Shown here piece after piece: positions 8,303 through 18,262 of a stretch of 64,000 bases of DNA. The position numbers were made by a program, and so were the translations under genes. Location of the stretch: contig DASXEK010000040.1 in the NCBI GenBank assembly GCA_036490155.1, positions 8,463 to 72,462 of the forward strand, in the 5' to 3' direction. Origin of the DNA: Acidimicrobiales bacterium. GTDB lineage: Bacteria > Actinomycetota > Acidimicrobiia > Acidimicrobiales > RAAP-2. Numbering within the stretch: position 1 is the first letter of the stretch; every line of letters starts with the position of its first letter. The notes beneath the pieces are model-generated. The model was not told the DNA's origin. It did no database searches and saw nothing but the letters and a program-made list of their open reading frames with translations.

Positions 8303-9897
8303 TCCGCCGTCTTCGCACCTGGTTGGGTCGTCACCGTGACGAGGAGCGCGGTGCGGTCCTCGTCCTCACCTGCATTGCCATGATTGCCGTGCTCGGCGCC
8401 GGCGCCATGGGCGTCGACCTTGGGTTCACGGCCGTCGGCACCCGAACGGCTCAAGCCATGGCCGACACGGCCTCGCTCGACCTCGCCAACGACATCAGCG
8501 CCGCGAATCAGTACACGACCAATGCGGGCATACAGACCTTCTTGAACAACGAGCTCGCAGGCGTCTTGAAGGACAATGCTTCGGATGCACAGCTCGCTGT
8601 CACGCTGGGTCTCTGGCAGGGAGGGAAATGGACCGTCCCGAGTGGAGGCTGCGCTGGGGCGACACCACCGTGCAATTCCGTCGCCGTCACGGCGAAACAG
8701 ACTGTGCCCCAACCCTTCTGGGGTGGGTTCAATTCCCTGTCGGGAAAGAGCGGCAGTGGAATCGCCAGCTGCGGGACGACCGGATGCACGAAGTGCCCCA
8801 CCACGGCGTGCGCAACCGGAGAGACAATGGCGTGCCTCTCCATCGGATCGGACCTGGCGAGCTTCAGCTCGTCGCAGTCGACGCTGCTCAACTCCCTATT
8901 GGGCTCGTTGGGGGGCTCCGTCAACCTCACCGCTGTCGGCTACCAGGGCTTGGCCGACACGTCCGTCAGCGTCGGTCAGCTCATCAACGCATCTGGGACC
9001 GTGCTCTCTCCGTCAAACATCCTGACGTCGTCGGTGTCGGTACAGAACTGGCTCTCCTTCCTGGCGACGGCCATCGGCAACCAGACCGCCGCCGGCACCT
9101 GTTCGTCCGGACCCGGTACGCAGCAACAGAACGCGGAGACCGCGCTCAACGGCATCAGTGGCAGTGGCACTACGAAGCTTGAGCTGTGCAACTTTCTCGC
9201 CATAAACGGCTCGACCTGCGCCAGCGGCAGCATTCCTTTCTCGTCGCTGTCGGCTGGCATCAACGTGCTGCAGATGCTCACCACCATGGCCGAGATCTCG
9301 AACGGGAGCAGCGGGGTCAACTTGGGCCTCAATCTGAACCTCGGCCTCACCACGGCAAGTGTCAACGTCAATGCCATCCAGCCACCCCAGATCGCCTATG
9401 GGCCGGTGGGCTCGGTGACCGACTCGACGAAGCCGTGCCCGGCCACCACGCCGGCCACCTCCACGTGTGCCACCACCGCGCAGATCGATCTCACCCTGAA
9501 TCTCAACGTGGTCGGTCTTTCGGCGCTCACCTTCACGTTCTTGGCAGCCCAGGGCACCGCCACGCTCGACGCGGTCAACTGCTCGGGAAACGCGATGACC
9601 AGCACAGTGATCAATGCAAGCACGACGACGCTCTCGGCCTCGGCGAACCTTCTGGGCCTCCTCGGTGGACTCGCGACGGTGTCGGTCACCGGCGTCCCAA
9701 ACACGCCGTTGAGCTACACCGTTGCGCCGAGCACGCAACACGTCGGCTCGACCACTCCGTCGCTGACGGTGTCCGGGATTACAGTCCCCGGCCTCGGCGC
9801 CCTGCTCGGTCCCCTGTTCCAGGCCCTCGGCGTGTCGGTGGGTGAGGCTGATGTCGTCGACCTCGGCACGAACTGCAACTCGGTCACGCTCAGCTGA
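8299..9897 (+). CDS. tadG: TadG-like (Tad N-terminal domain) large Ser/Thr/Gly/Asn-rich pilus-associated protein
   Basis: N-terminus ERGAVLVLTCIAMIAVLGAGAMGVDLG. ATGA overlap with tadE. Confidence 0.65.
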   Translation: MIRRLRTWLGRHRDEERGAVLVLTCIAMIAVLGAGAMGVDLGFTAVGTRTAQAMADTASLDLANDISAANQYTTNAGIQTFLNNELAGVLKDNASDAQLAVTLGLWQGGKWTVPSGGCAGATPPCNSVAVTAKQTVPQPFWGGFNSLSGKSGSGIASCGTTGCTKCPTTACATGETMACLSIGSDLASFSSSQSTLLNSLLGSLGGSVNLTAVGYQGLADTSVSVGQLINASGTVLSPSNILTSSVSVQNWLSFLATAIGNQTAAGTCSSGPGTQQQNAETALNGISGSGTTKLELCNFLAINGSTCASGSIPFSSLSAGINVLQMLTTMAEISNGSSGVNLGLNLNLGLTTASVNVNAIQPPQIAYGPVGSVTDSTKPCPATTPATSTCATTAQIDLTLNLNVVGLSALTFTFLAAQGTATLDAVNCSGNAMTSTVINASTTTLSASANLLGLLGGLATVSVTGVPNTPLSYTVAPSTQHVGSTTPSLTVSGITVPGLGALLGPLFQALGVSVGEADVVDLGTNCNSVTLS

Positions 9898-10580
9898 TGA
9901 GTTCGATGACCATCGTCGGCGGCGCCGCCCTCGGCATTGCCGTCGGTTTGTTACTCGTCCCGTTGACCCGCCGCGAGCTCGCTGGAGCCGTGGCGCGGAC
10001 TTCCGACTCCTCGTCCATTGACGAGGTCGCCCCCCCGGCGCCGGTGCGGGCCTGGGAGTGGGCGGCCCTCGGCGCGGTGTCGGGCATCCTGCCGGCCTAC
10101 GTACTTCACAAGGTCGGGTGGTCACTCATCGCGTTTCCACCTCTGCTCCTGCTTGTGGGCCTGATACAACTCGGCTACTGCGACCTCACTCGGCGGCTGT
10201 TGCCCAAGACCATGGTCTACGCCTTGAGCGCAGCGGTCATCGTCAGCGGAGTGGTGATTGCCGGCGTCATGCACGAATGGGGACGCCTGGAGGTCGCGTG
10301 CATCGGAGGCGCTGCCTTCTTCACGCTGTTCTTCATCATGAATCTGTTGAATCCTCGCTGGCTCGCCTTCGGGGATGTCCGCCTCTCGCTCGTCGTTGGC
10401 TTCGGTCTGGCCTGGGTGAGCTGGATGGCGCTCTTCGAGGGGTTCTTCTTCGCCAACCTGGTGGCGTCGATCGTCGGACTTGGCCTGATGGCCCTTCACC
10501 GCGCCGGGCGCCGTACCGCGGTGCCCTTCGGTCTCTACCTGGCCATTGGCACAGCACTCGTTCTGGTGACTTGGAGCTAA
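9897..10580 (+). CDS. tadV: A24-family prepilin peptidase
   Basis: Polytopic membrane protein with LAFGDVRLSLVVG and PFGLYLAIG motifs. The start overlaps the tadG stop (TGATG). Confidence 0.8.
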   Translation: MSSMTIVGGAALGIAVGLLLVPLTRRELAGAVARTSDSSSIDEVAPPAPVRAWEWAALGAVSGILPAYVLHKVGWSLIAFPPLLLLVGLIQLGYCDLTRRLLPKTMVYALSAAVIVSGVVIAGVMHEWGRLEVACIGGAAFFTLFFIMNLLNPRWLAFGDVRLSLVVGFGLAWVSWMALFEGFFFANLVASIVGLGLMALHRAGRRTAVPFGLYLAIGTALVLVTWS

Positions 10581-10625
10581 AATCGACGGTCAGCGTCGCC
10601 AACGGCACGCCGCGGCTTCAGCTGC

Positions 10626-11597
10626 TCAGCGCCTGAAGTGCCGCTCGATCTCGTTCGCATAGCTACGCCCGAGCGTGTCGGCATGGTCCCGGATCCACGA
10701 GCTCACCGCGATGGTGCCGGTGGCCGGGCCGTCCGTGTCGGCCATGCCCTCGGCCATGGCCCGGAACTCGTCGCCGGTGAGGAGCACGTCGCGCAAGACG
10801 AGTCCGAGGAGTGACGCCAGCGGTGGCACGACGAAACCGGGGACCCGCACGATCAGGCTCCGGCTCCCGACCGCCTCTTTGATCAGCATGACCAGGTCGA
10901 GAAAGGCGAGGCGCTCCGGGCCCACGGCGTCGACGACCGTGTCGGTGCGCTCTGCGCCGGCGGCGACCGCCAGGGAGGCCAGGTCGTCAATGTGCATCGG
11001 ACGGATCTGGTAGTCGCCCCGGCCGCCCACGCCGAAGACGGGGAGGTGGCGCAGCAACCACGCGATGTTGTTGATCAGGACGCCGTCGCCGCCGAAAAGG
11101 ATGGCCGGGCGCAGCACCGCATAGGGCACACCGACCTCGGCCAGCGCGCGCTCCACCTGGGCCTTACCCCGGAAGTACGCGTAGGGCGACGAGATGCTCG
11201 GATGCGTGATCGAGATATGCACGATTCGCTCCACCCCTGCCCGCCGGGCCGCATGGAACAGCGCACGCGAGTTGGCGACGGCGCGGTCATGGTCGTCTTC
11301 GCCGTGAGGGAAGCGCACCCAGTACGTGTTGTAGAGCGTGGTCGCGCCCTCGAGCGCAGTGGTCAGGCCGACGACGTCGTCGAAGTCGAGCGGCCGTACG
11401 TCGATCTCCGAAGTGGGCCGGGCGCGCCCGGGGTGCCCGGTCAGGGTCCGCACCCGCCGCCCCGATCGTTCGAGCTCGCGGGCGATGGCGGCGCCCGAGT
11501 AGCTGAACGCGCCGGTCACGACGTCGAAGCCGCGTTCGGGAAAGTCCTCGACCGTCACGTCGTTTCTCTGTACCCCCAGCGCGGTGCCACGCGTCAT
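10626..11597 (-). CDS. NAD(P)-binding NmrA/SDR-like protein
   Basis: VTGAFSYSGAAIAREL Rossmann-like motif. Internal Met with a GGAGGAAGGGAGG RBS and ATGA overlap with the TetR stop; the upstream part of the track ORF is Arg/Gly-rich junk. Confidence 0.7.
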   Translation of the reverse strand: MTRGTALGVQRNDVTVEDFPERGFDVVTGAFSYSGAAIARELERSGRRVRTLTGHPGRARPTSEIDVRPLDFDDVVGLTTALEGATTLYNTYWVRFPHGEDDHDRAVANSRALFHAARRAGVERIVHISITHPSISSPYAYFRGKAQVERALAEVGVPYAVLRPAILFGGDGVLINNIAWLLRHLPVFGVGGRGDYQIRPMHIDDLASLAVAAGAERTDTVVDAVGPERLAFLDLVMLIKEAVGSRSLIVRVPGFVVPPLASLLGLVLRDVLLTGDEFRAMAEGMADTDGPATGTIAVSSWIRDHADTLGRSYANEIERHFRR

Positions 11598-12280
11598 GTG
11601 TCCTCCCTTCCTCCGGGCGCTCCCACGGGAGCGCCGGTCAATGTCTGCACGAGCGCGGCCAACTGGCGGGCTCGAGCGAATAGGGCAAGGGCGGCCGTGC
11701 GGTCCCCGTCGAGGTGCGCCAGCATCTCGAGGCCGAGGTACAGCGCGACGACCGCATGCGCCGCCTCCTTCGCCTCCACCACGGCCGCCAACGGAGTGTC
11801 GGAGAGGACGCCGCCAAGCGCCTCGGCCGCGAACTGGCGCCACGGGGCGAGACGCGCCGCGACCTCGGGCGCCAGGCCCGGCGTCGCCGACGCGCCCGCA
11901 ATCATCTCCGCCAGTACCCCGATGTGGCCGGCGTCGAGGTCCTCCTCGAACACGGCTTCGGCCGCGTCGACCAACTCCCCCAACCCCTCGGCCCGCTCGA
12001 CCACTTCCTGGTAGTGCGCGTGGCGCGTCGCGCTCACATCGTCGAGCGCCGCCAGCAGCAGGTTGGTGACCGAGCCGAAGTGGTAGAAGACCAGGCCCTG
12101 GTTGCAGCCGGCCCGCCGTGCGATCTCGCGGGCGCTGGCCCCGGCGAAGCCCTGCTCCTTGAGCGCGTCGATCGCCCCCCGGATCAGCGCGTCGCGGGTC
12201 TCCTGCGTGCCTGCGGTGGCTGGCCGTCCGACCGCCGCCTTGGTGCCCGACTTGGCCACTGCTCCACTTCCTTTCAGCAT
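11594..12280 (-). CDS. TetR-family transcriptional regulator
   Basis: HTH GFAGASAREIARRAGCNQGLVFYHFGS. The start is uncertain (ATG 12280 or TTG 12331). Confidence 0.8.
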   Translation of the reverse strand: MLKGSGAVAKSGTKAAVGRPATAGTQETRDALIRGAIDALKEQGFAGASAREIARRAGCNQGLVFYHFGSVTNLLLAALDDVSATRHAHYQEVVERAEGLGELVDAAEAVFEEDLDAGHIGVLAEMIAGASATPGLAPEVAARLAPWRQFAAEALGGVLSDTPLAAVVEAKEAAHAVVALYLGLEMLAHLDGDRTAALALFARARQLAALVQTLTGAPVGAPGGREDT

Positions 12281-12325
12281 TTGCTTTAAGCGACTGCTCA
12301 AATCGTAGACCCGGGCGCGGAAGCC

Positions 12326-13276
12326 ATGCAAGAGGGGCCAGTCGGAGCCGCCACCACCGCCGCTATCGTCCGGCCCGTGTCACCTTTGCCGCTCGATTCG
12401 GAGCTCAAGGCGCGGTGGGACACCGACGGCTGGTGCGTCGTCCCCTGCGCGATCCCGCCGGCCGAGCTCGCAGCCGCACAAGATGCGGTGCACCGCTACT
12501 TCCCCACCCCCGCCGAGATGGCCGAGCTCGGCGGCACCGAGACGGGCCAGTGGCACACCTGGGACGCGCCGTGGCCCGAGTTCCCGTTCCACAGCGCGCG
12601 CCTGAACGCGCTCGTCCTGCACGACAACGTCATCGACCTGGCCGAGGCGTTCCTCGGCACGACCGACCTCGCGTGTTACATGGGCATCGTCACGGCCAAG
12701 TACGCCCGTCAGGCCTCGGGCTACAACCAGTTGCTGCACGCGGACTACCCCAACCACATGATGGTCGTCCCGCGGCACGAGGTGGGCTACCAGCAGGTGG
12801 AGTTCTTCGTGTACCTCACCGACGTCACCACCGAGGACGGCGCCACGCGCTTCGTCTCGTGGCAGAAGACGAAGGACGTCCCCGTCGAACGGCACACGCT
12901 GAATTATGTGGACTACGCCGCCCTCTACGACGACTCGTCGGACGCGGCGGCACCGGCCGGTTCCGTCGTGGCCTACCGCCCCGACGTGTACCACCGCTCC
13001 GTGGACCACACCGACCCCACCCGTTACCGCGTGATGCTCCACGTGTCGTTCCGCCACCGCGACGCGGGGTGGGGCGGGTACCAGGCCTGGCCCTTCCGTG
13101 GCTTCTCGCCCGAACTCGCCAAGTACGTTGCTGGGGCGACCCCCCGCCAGCTGGCTCTGCTGGGCTTCCCGCTGCCGGGCCACTCCTACTGGGACGAGGC
13201 GACGATCGCCGGAGTGCAGGCGCGCTACCCGGGCCTCGAACTGGCGCCCTGGCGCGCCGCGTTGACCTTCACCTGA
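12326..13276 (+). CDS. Phytanoyl-CoA dioxygenase (PhyH) family Fe(II)/2-oxoglutarate oxygenase
   Basis: LHADYPNH ... DGATRFV ... VYHRSVDH pattern. Confidence 0.7.
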   Translation: MQEGPVGAATTAAIVRPVSPLPLDSELKARWDTDGWCVVPCAIPPAELAAAQDAVHRYFPTPAEMAELGGTETGQWHTWDAPWPEFPFHSARLNALVLHDNVIDLAEAFLGTTDLACYMGIVTAKYARQASGYNQLLHADYPNHMMVVPRHEVGYQQVEFFVYLTDVTTEDGATRFVSWQKTKDVPVERHTLNYVDYAALYDDSSDAAAPAGSVVAYRPDVYHRSVDHTDPTRYRVMLHVSFRHRDAGWGGYQAWPFRGFSPELAKYVAGATPRQLALLGFPLPGHSYWDEATIAGVQARYPGLELAPWRAALTFT

Positions 13277-13286
13277 CCGGGCGCGG

Positions 13287-14702
13287 TTAGGCCGTCTGCG
13301 GCGAGCCGGGCGCCACGAGCGGCCAGGGCATCTCCCGCTCGGCGACGAGCGCGAGGTCGAGGAGGAGCTCTTCGCGGTGGTGCCCGGCCAGCACCTGCAA
13401 CCCGACCGGCAACCCGTCGACCAGTTCCCCCGGGATGCTCACGGCGGGACTGCCGTTCAGATTGGACGGCGCCGTCAGGGCCGCGTTGTTCATGATGGCG
13501 CGGGCGAAGCCGATCTCGTGGATCAGGTCGCGGCCCGGCAGCGTCGAGGGTGGCGGACCCTCGGCCGCGAATGCGACGTCGGGATGCGTCGAACAGAAGA
13601 CGAAGTCCGCCTCGCCGAAGAGGTCGGCCATGGCGCCATCGAGCTGGCGCCGGTACCGCTCGATCGACGCCGCCCGCTCCAGCGTGTAGTGCTCCTGGGC
13701 GGCGCGCAGTCCCATGACGATCTCGGGCGACAGCTCGTCGACGCGGTCGGGGTAGGCATCACCGAGGTCCGCCACCATCGGTGGTTGATTGGCCATGGCC
13801 CAGGCCCCGCGCAGCGGGGGCAGGGTCGGGACGACCTCGACGAGTCGCAGCCCGGCCGCCTTGGCCAGACGTTCCGCCGCTGCGGCGACCACCTCGGCCA
13901 CCTCGGCCCGGACCTGCGCTATGCCGAGGTCCACCACGATGGCGGCGGTCATCCCCGAAAGGTCGTGGGTGCCGAGACCGGCTTCCCAACCCCGCACCTT
14001 GGGCAGGCTGAGCGGGTCGCGGGCGTCGAAACCGTTGCAGGCGTCGAAGTAGCGCGCAGTATCACGGACCGACCGGGTCAGGCAGCCGAGCACGGTCGTC
14101 ATCGGCTCGATGGTTCCGTCGGGACCCTTGGGTATCCGCCCGTAGGTCGCCTTCAGCCCGAAGAGCCCGCTGAAGCCGGCCGGGCCCCGGATGGAACCGC
14201 CGCCGTCGCTCCCCGTTGCGATCGGGAGGAGGCCGCCGACCACCGCCGCGGACGTGCCGCCCGACGAGCCACCGGGTGTCCGTTCCAGGTTCCAGGGGTT
14301 GCGCGTGGTGCCGTGCAGCACGCTCGACGTGCAGTTGATACCGCCGAACTCGGGCGCGGTCGTCTGCGCGGCCAACACCGCGCCGGTAGTGCGCAACCGC
14401 TGCACCGACGTGTCGTCGTGCCCGGCCACCCGGTCCTTGAAGATGACCGACGCCTCCGAATAGGGCCAGCCGGCAACCTTCTCGAGCTCCTTGACCCCGA
14501 AGGGGACGCCGCCGAAGGGACGGCTGACGTCCGCGCCGGCCGCGGCCTCCCGCGCCCGCTCGAAGTCCGTGAAGCTGAACGCGTTCAGCGGCGACTTCTT
14601 GATGGCGGCGATGCAATCGTCGAGCGCCTCGAGCGGTGAGATCTCCAGAGCCCGGAACGCGTCCACGAGGCTGCAAGCGTCCCCCAACCACGGCGTGCTC
14701 AT
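13287..14702 (-). CDS. Amidase (amidase-signature family)
   Basis: GGSSGGTSAAVVGG and GSDGGGSIRGPA motifs. True start at MSTPWLG; the track ORF is extended to 15236. Confidence 0.85.
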   Translation of the reverse strand: MSTPWLGDACSLVDAFRALEISPLEALDDCIAAIKKSPLNAFSFTDFERAREAAAGADVSRPFGGVPFGVKELEKVAGWPYSEASVIFKDRVAGHDDTSVQRLRTTGAVLAAQTTAPEFGGINCTSSVLHGTTRNPWNLERTPGGSSGGTSAAVVGGLLPIATGSDGGGSIRGPAGFSGLFGLKATYGRIPKGPDGTIEPMTTVLGCLTRSVRDTARYFDACNGFDARDPLSLPKVRGWEAGLGTHDLSGMTAAIVVDLGIAQVRAEVAEVVAAAAERLAKAAGLRLVEVVPTLPPLRGAWAMANQPPMVADLGDAYPDRVDELSPEIVMGLRAAQEHYTLERAASIERYRRQLDGAMADLFGEADFVFCSTHPDVAFAAEGPPPSTLPGRDLIHEIGFARAIMNNAALTAPSNLNGSPAVSIPGELVDGLPVGLQVLAGHHREELLLDLALVAEREMPWPLVAPGSPQTA

Positions 14703-14766
14703 CAGTCCCGGACAGTATCCGAGCGGCCCTGGTCTCGCAGGAGGCCATCGCTTAGCCTCGGCCGCC

Positions 14767-15759
14767 GTGAAGATCTCGGAGCTAACGACGCCCGCGCTCG
14801 TCATCGAGGCCGCCGCTCTCGAGGCCAACCTGCGCACGATGGCGGAGGCGCTCCCGGGTGCTCGCCTTCGCCCGCACGTCAAGGCGCACAAGTGCACCGC
14901 GCTGGCGGCGCGCCAGGCCGCCCTCGGCAGCACTGCATTCACCTGCGCCACGGTCAGAGAGATGGAAGGCATGGCCGAGGCCGGCCTCGGGGACGACCTT
15001 TTGTTGGCCAACGAGGTGGTCGACGCCAGTCGGCTCGGCGTGCTGGCGCGAACGGGCGCCCGAGTGACCGTAGCGGTGGACTCCGACGTGACGATCGAGG
15101 CCGCCGCACGTGGCGGCGTACCCGAGGTGCTCATCGACGTGAACGTCGGGTTGCCGCGGTGCGGCTGCTTGCCCGAGGACGCCGGACGTCTGGCGGAACG
15201 GGCGCGGGCGGCCGGCCTTGGCGTGCGCGGAGTCATGGGCTACGAGGGGCACATCGTCGGGCTCGAGGATCGGACGACGCGCGAGGAGATGATCGAGGTC
15301 TCGATGGCTCCACTCGTGCAGGCGCACGACTCCGTCGGCGGCGATGTGATCTCGGCGGGCGGCACGGGAACGTACGACCTGAACACGTGGGCGACCGAGA
15401 TCCAGGCGGGTTCGTACGCCTTGATGGACACGGCCTACGCCAAGCTGGGCCTGCCCTTCGTGCACGCGCTGCGCGTGGCGGCCACCGTGATCTCGGTCTC
15501 GAAGGGCTTCGCGGTGGCCGACTGCGGCCTCAAGGCGCTGGGCATGGACCACGGGAATCCGTCGATCGAACGCGCCGACGTATGGTTCTGCTCCGACGAG
15601 CACGTCGTGTTTGCGCCGAAGGATCCCGTTCGGGTGGGCGATCGCATCCAGGTGCTGCCGGCGCACATCGATCCGACGGTCGCGTATCACGCGCATCTGC
15701 ACGTCGTCGATGGCGACGACGTCGTCGAGCGTTGGGATGTCGATCTGCGCGGATGGTGA
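14767..15759 (+). CDS. PLP-dependent D-serine dehydratase-like / D-threonine aldolase family enzyme (alanine racemase N-domain)
   Basis: RPHVKAHKCTALA PLP-lysine motif. In-frame GTG at 14767, divergent from the amidase. Confidence 0.7.
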   Translation: MKISELTTPALVIEAAALEANLRTMAEALPGARLRPHVKAHKCTALAARQAALGSTAFTCATVREMEGMAEAGLGDDLLLANEVVDASRLGVLARTGARVTVAVDSDVTIEAAARGGVPEVLIDVNVGLPRCGCLPEDAGRLAERARAAGLGVRGVMGYEGHIVGLEDRTTREEMIEVSMAPLVQAHDSVGGDVISAGGTGTYDLNTWATEIQAGSYALMDTAYAKLGLPFVHALRVAATVISVSKGFAVADCGLKALGMDHGNPSIERADVWFCSDEHVVFAPKDPVRVGDRIQVLPAHIDPTVAYHAHLHVVDGDDVVERWDVDLRGW

Positions 15760-15802
15760 CAGACTGCGAGCTCGCACGGCGTCGGCCGTGGACAAGGAGG
15801 TG

Positions 15803-16468
15803 ATGATGCCTGCGTCCGAATCCTTCACGATCGGATCGGCTGTCTCGTGCAGCGACGGACCATGCGGGACCCTGACGCAAGTCGTGGTGGACCCTCTCGC
15901 CCGCAGCGTCACCCACCTGGTCGTGGAGCCCGAGCACCGGAGCGGTCTCGGCCGGCTCGTGCCGCTCGCGCTCGTCGATGCCGACGCAGACGGTGACGGG
16001 GTCCGCCTGCGCTGCACGTTCGCCGACTTCGAGGACCTGCCGCACGCCGAAGAGACCGACTTCCTCCCGGGTGGCAGCGGGTACGAGGCCTACCAGGATC
16101 ATGAGCTCTTCTATTGGCCCTTCTACGGCCTCGAGGGCGGCAGTGATCCCGCAGTGACCTTCGCCAGCGGCCTGGTGACGCGCGACACCCTGCCGCCGGG
16201 CGAGGTTGCGGTACGACGGGGTGAACGCGTCCACGCCGCCGACGGCGAGATCGGAAAGGTCGAGGGGCTCGTGGTCGAACCGACGAACGGGCACGTGACC
16301 CACGTCCTCCTGCAGGAGGGTCACATGTGGGGGCGCAAGCGCGTGGCCATCCCGTTGGACGCCGTCGTGCACATCGACGACGGCGCCGCCGACGGCATCA
16401 CCGTCAGCTTGACCAAGCAGGAGATCGAGGACCTGCCCGAGGTGGACGTGCGGCACCCCACCGCCTGA
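15803..16468 (+). CDS. PRC-barrel domain protein
   Basis: Two SDG..G.v..vVVdP-like segments. AAGGAGG RBS before ATG 15803. Confidence 0.55.
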   Translation: MMPASESFTIGSAVSCSDGPCGTLTQVVVDPLARSVTHLVVEPEHRSGLGRLVPLALVDADADGDGVRLRCTFADFEDLPHAEETDFLPGGSGYEAYQDHELFYWPFYGLEGGSDPAVTFASGLVTRDTLPPGEVAVRRGERVHAADGEIGKVEGLVVEPTNGHVTHVLLQEGHMWGRKRVAIPLDAVVHIDDGAADGITVSLTKQEIEDLPEVDVRHPTA

Positions 16469-16474
16469 CTCACG

Positions 16475-17428
16475 TCAGAATTCGAGGACCAGCCGACCCC
16501 GAATCCCGCCGGCCTCGAGCAGACGGTGAGCTTCGAGAGCTTGTTTGGCCGGGAAGGTCCGCGCCACACGCAGGGTCAGCACGCCGGCTTCGGCTTGCGC
16601 TCGTAGCTCGTCGAGCTTGGCGCGCTGGCGGGCGTAGTTGCGCACGAAGACCGGAACCACGGTGACGCCGCGGCGCGCGGGTGCGTCGAGGTCGGCACCC
16701 TCGTACCCGCGCAGCGTGGCCATGGCACCGCCGTCCCGCACCGCACCGATGGCCCGACCCTCCAACAGGGCGCCGTCGACCAACCCGTCCGTGCCCGACG
16801 CGACGACGTGGCGAACCTCGACCGCAAAGTCGTCACCGCGCGGAACGATGACATCCGCCCCCAGCGCACGGACCAGCGCCTCGTCGGCGGGTGCCGCGTC
16901 GGCGACGACCCAGAGCCCTGCAGCGCGCCCCAACTGCACGGCGTAACCCCCGACCGCGCCGGCGGCGCCGGTCACCGCGAGCGTCTGGCCGGGCTCGAGC
17001 GCGAGCTCGTCGAGGGCCATGCGAGCAGTCAATCCGTTCATCGGGAGCGTGGCCGCCTGCGCGTCGGTCGTGCCGGCGGGCGAACGCACGACGGATTCGA
17101 CGGGCAGCACAATCAGTTCGGCGTACGCGCCGTGCGCGCCGAGCGGCACCACGATTCCCATCACCCGCTCGCCGATGCGGAGGTCGGTGTTGGTGCCGGT
17201 GCCGATCTGTTCAAGCGTCCCGGCCACATCCATGCCCGGGATGTACGGCGGCGGGACGTCCTTCAACTGCTGGGCGCGCCCACCACTACGCAGAACCGTG
17301 TCGGTGGGGTTGACCGTGGCGGCGTGCACCCGAAGCGCGAGCTCGCCCGGACCCGCCACCGGGTCGGGCAGGTCGACCACCTGCAGGACCTCGGGCCCAC
17401 CGAACCTCGTCACGCCGATCGCCCGCAT
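16475..17428 (-). CDS. NADPH:quinone oxidoreductase / MDR zinc-type dehydrogenase family
   Basis: Typical MDR pattern MRAIGVTRFGGPEVLQVVDLPDP ... AVTGAAGAVGGYAVQL. Confidence 0.8.
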   Translation of the reverse strand: MRAIGVTRFGGPEVLQVVDLPDPVAGPGELALRVHAATVNPTDTVLRSGGRAQQLKDVPPPYIPGMDVAGTLEQIGTGTNTDLRIGERVMGIVVPLGAHGAYAELIVLPVESVVRSPAGTTDAQAATLPMNGLTARMALDELALEPGQTLAVTGAAGAVGGYAVQLGRAAGLWVVADAAPADEALVRALGADVIVPRGDDFAVEVRHVVASGTDGLVDGALLEGRAIGAVRDGGAMATLRGYEGADLDAPARRGVTVVPVFVRNYARQRAKLDELRAQAEAGVLTLRVARTFPAKQALEAHRLLEAGGIRGRLVLEF

Positions 17429-17468
17429 GATCGTGTGAGCCTACGGGTGAGGGGACTAAACCGGTGGG

Positions 17469-18245
17469 GTGCGACGACGGCCGGTTCCGCTCCTGGTGGG
17501 CGGGCTGGTGTTGGTTGCGTGGTGCGGCTGGGTCAGTGGATTCCAGCGCAGCACCGCAGCGGCCGAGATCACGTGGGTCGTGTCGCTCGCCGCCGTCGTT
17601 GCGGTCGGGGTCGCGCTGTGGCTGGGGCGGCGGGGTGCGGGGTTCGGGTGGCATCTCGCACCGGTGGCCGAGCCGTGGCCACGGCCGGGGCGCGGCGGCG
17701 GCCCGCTCGCCCTCCGCGGCGTCGCGCCGTGGTTGGTCCTGATCGCGCTGGCCGCGGCGTGGGACGTCCTGGGCATCGACACCGGCCCGCACGAGGCCCA
17801 TCTCACGATCAGCGCGCTCTCCCAGGCCTTCCGCCCGCTGAACGCGCTGCTCCTCCTCGTCTGGATGCTCGTGGGGCTCGGCTACGCGGTGGCGCGGGCG
17901 CGTCGGCCGTTGGAGGGCGCTCGCGGTGGTCCTGGCGTCGAGGCGGAGCAGTCGCAGCCCCGCACCGCCCAGGGTGCCGGCTTCGCAACGGCGTCGCTGT
18001 CGGCGTCGTCCGGCGGGCACTCCAACGGAGCGGCGCTGCTGCTGCCGTCGAGCCGCCCGGTGGGCGTCGTGTTCTGGATCGGGGTCTTCGTGGCGGTCGT
18101 TGCGGTGGACCTGGTCGCCCGGCGCTCAGCCGGACGGATGGCGACAGCGGAGGAATTCGCCCGCTTCATCTCCACGTCCCGGGTGGCCAACGTGGTGCTG
18201 ATCGTCGCGTGGGCGTTCGCCGGGTACCACCTCTTCGCGCGCTGA
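17469..18245 (+). CDS. Hypothetical polytopic membrane protein
   Basis: Several hydrophobic segments; no recognisable catalytic motif. Confidence 0.45.
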   Translation: MRRRPVPLLVGGLVLVAWCGWVSGFQRSTAAAEITWVVSLAAVVAVGVALWLGRRGAGFGWHLAPVAEPWPRPGRGGGPLALRGVAPWLVLIALAAAWDVLGIDTGPHEAHLTISALSQAFRPLNALLLLVWMLVGLGYAVARARRPLEGARGGPGVEAEQSQPRTAQGAGFATASLSASSGGHSNGAALLLPSSRPVGVVFWIGVFVAVVAVDLVARRSAGRMATAEEFARFISTSRVANVVLIVAWAFAGYHLFAR

Positions 18246-18262
18246 GCTCAGGAGACCTCGCG

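Noticed and set aside
13287-15236. N-terminal extensions of real genes in the ORF track: amidase to 15236, NmrA-like to 11843, adaptor to 24074, sir to 53987, FrhB-like to 52374, membrane protein to 59322 and mak to 60859.
   Set aside because: The extensions are Arg/Pro-rich and overlap neighbouring genes. Internal starts with an RBS or 4-nt stop/start overlaps give proteins of the expected family length.
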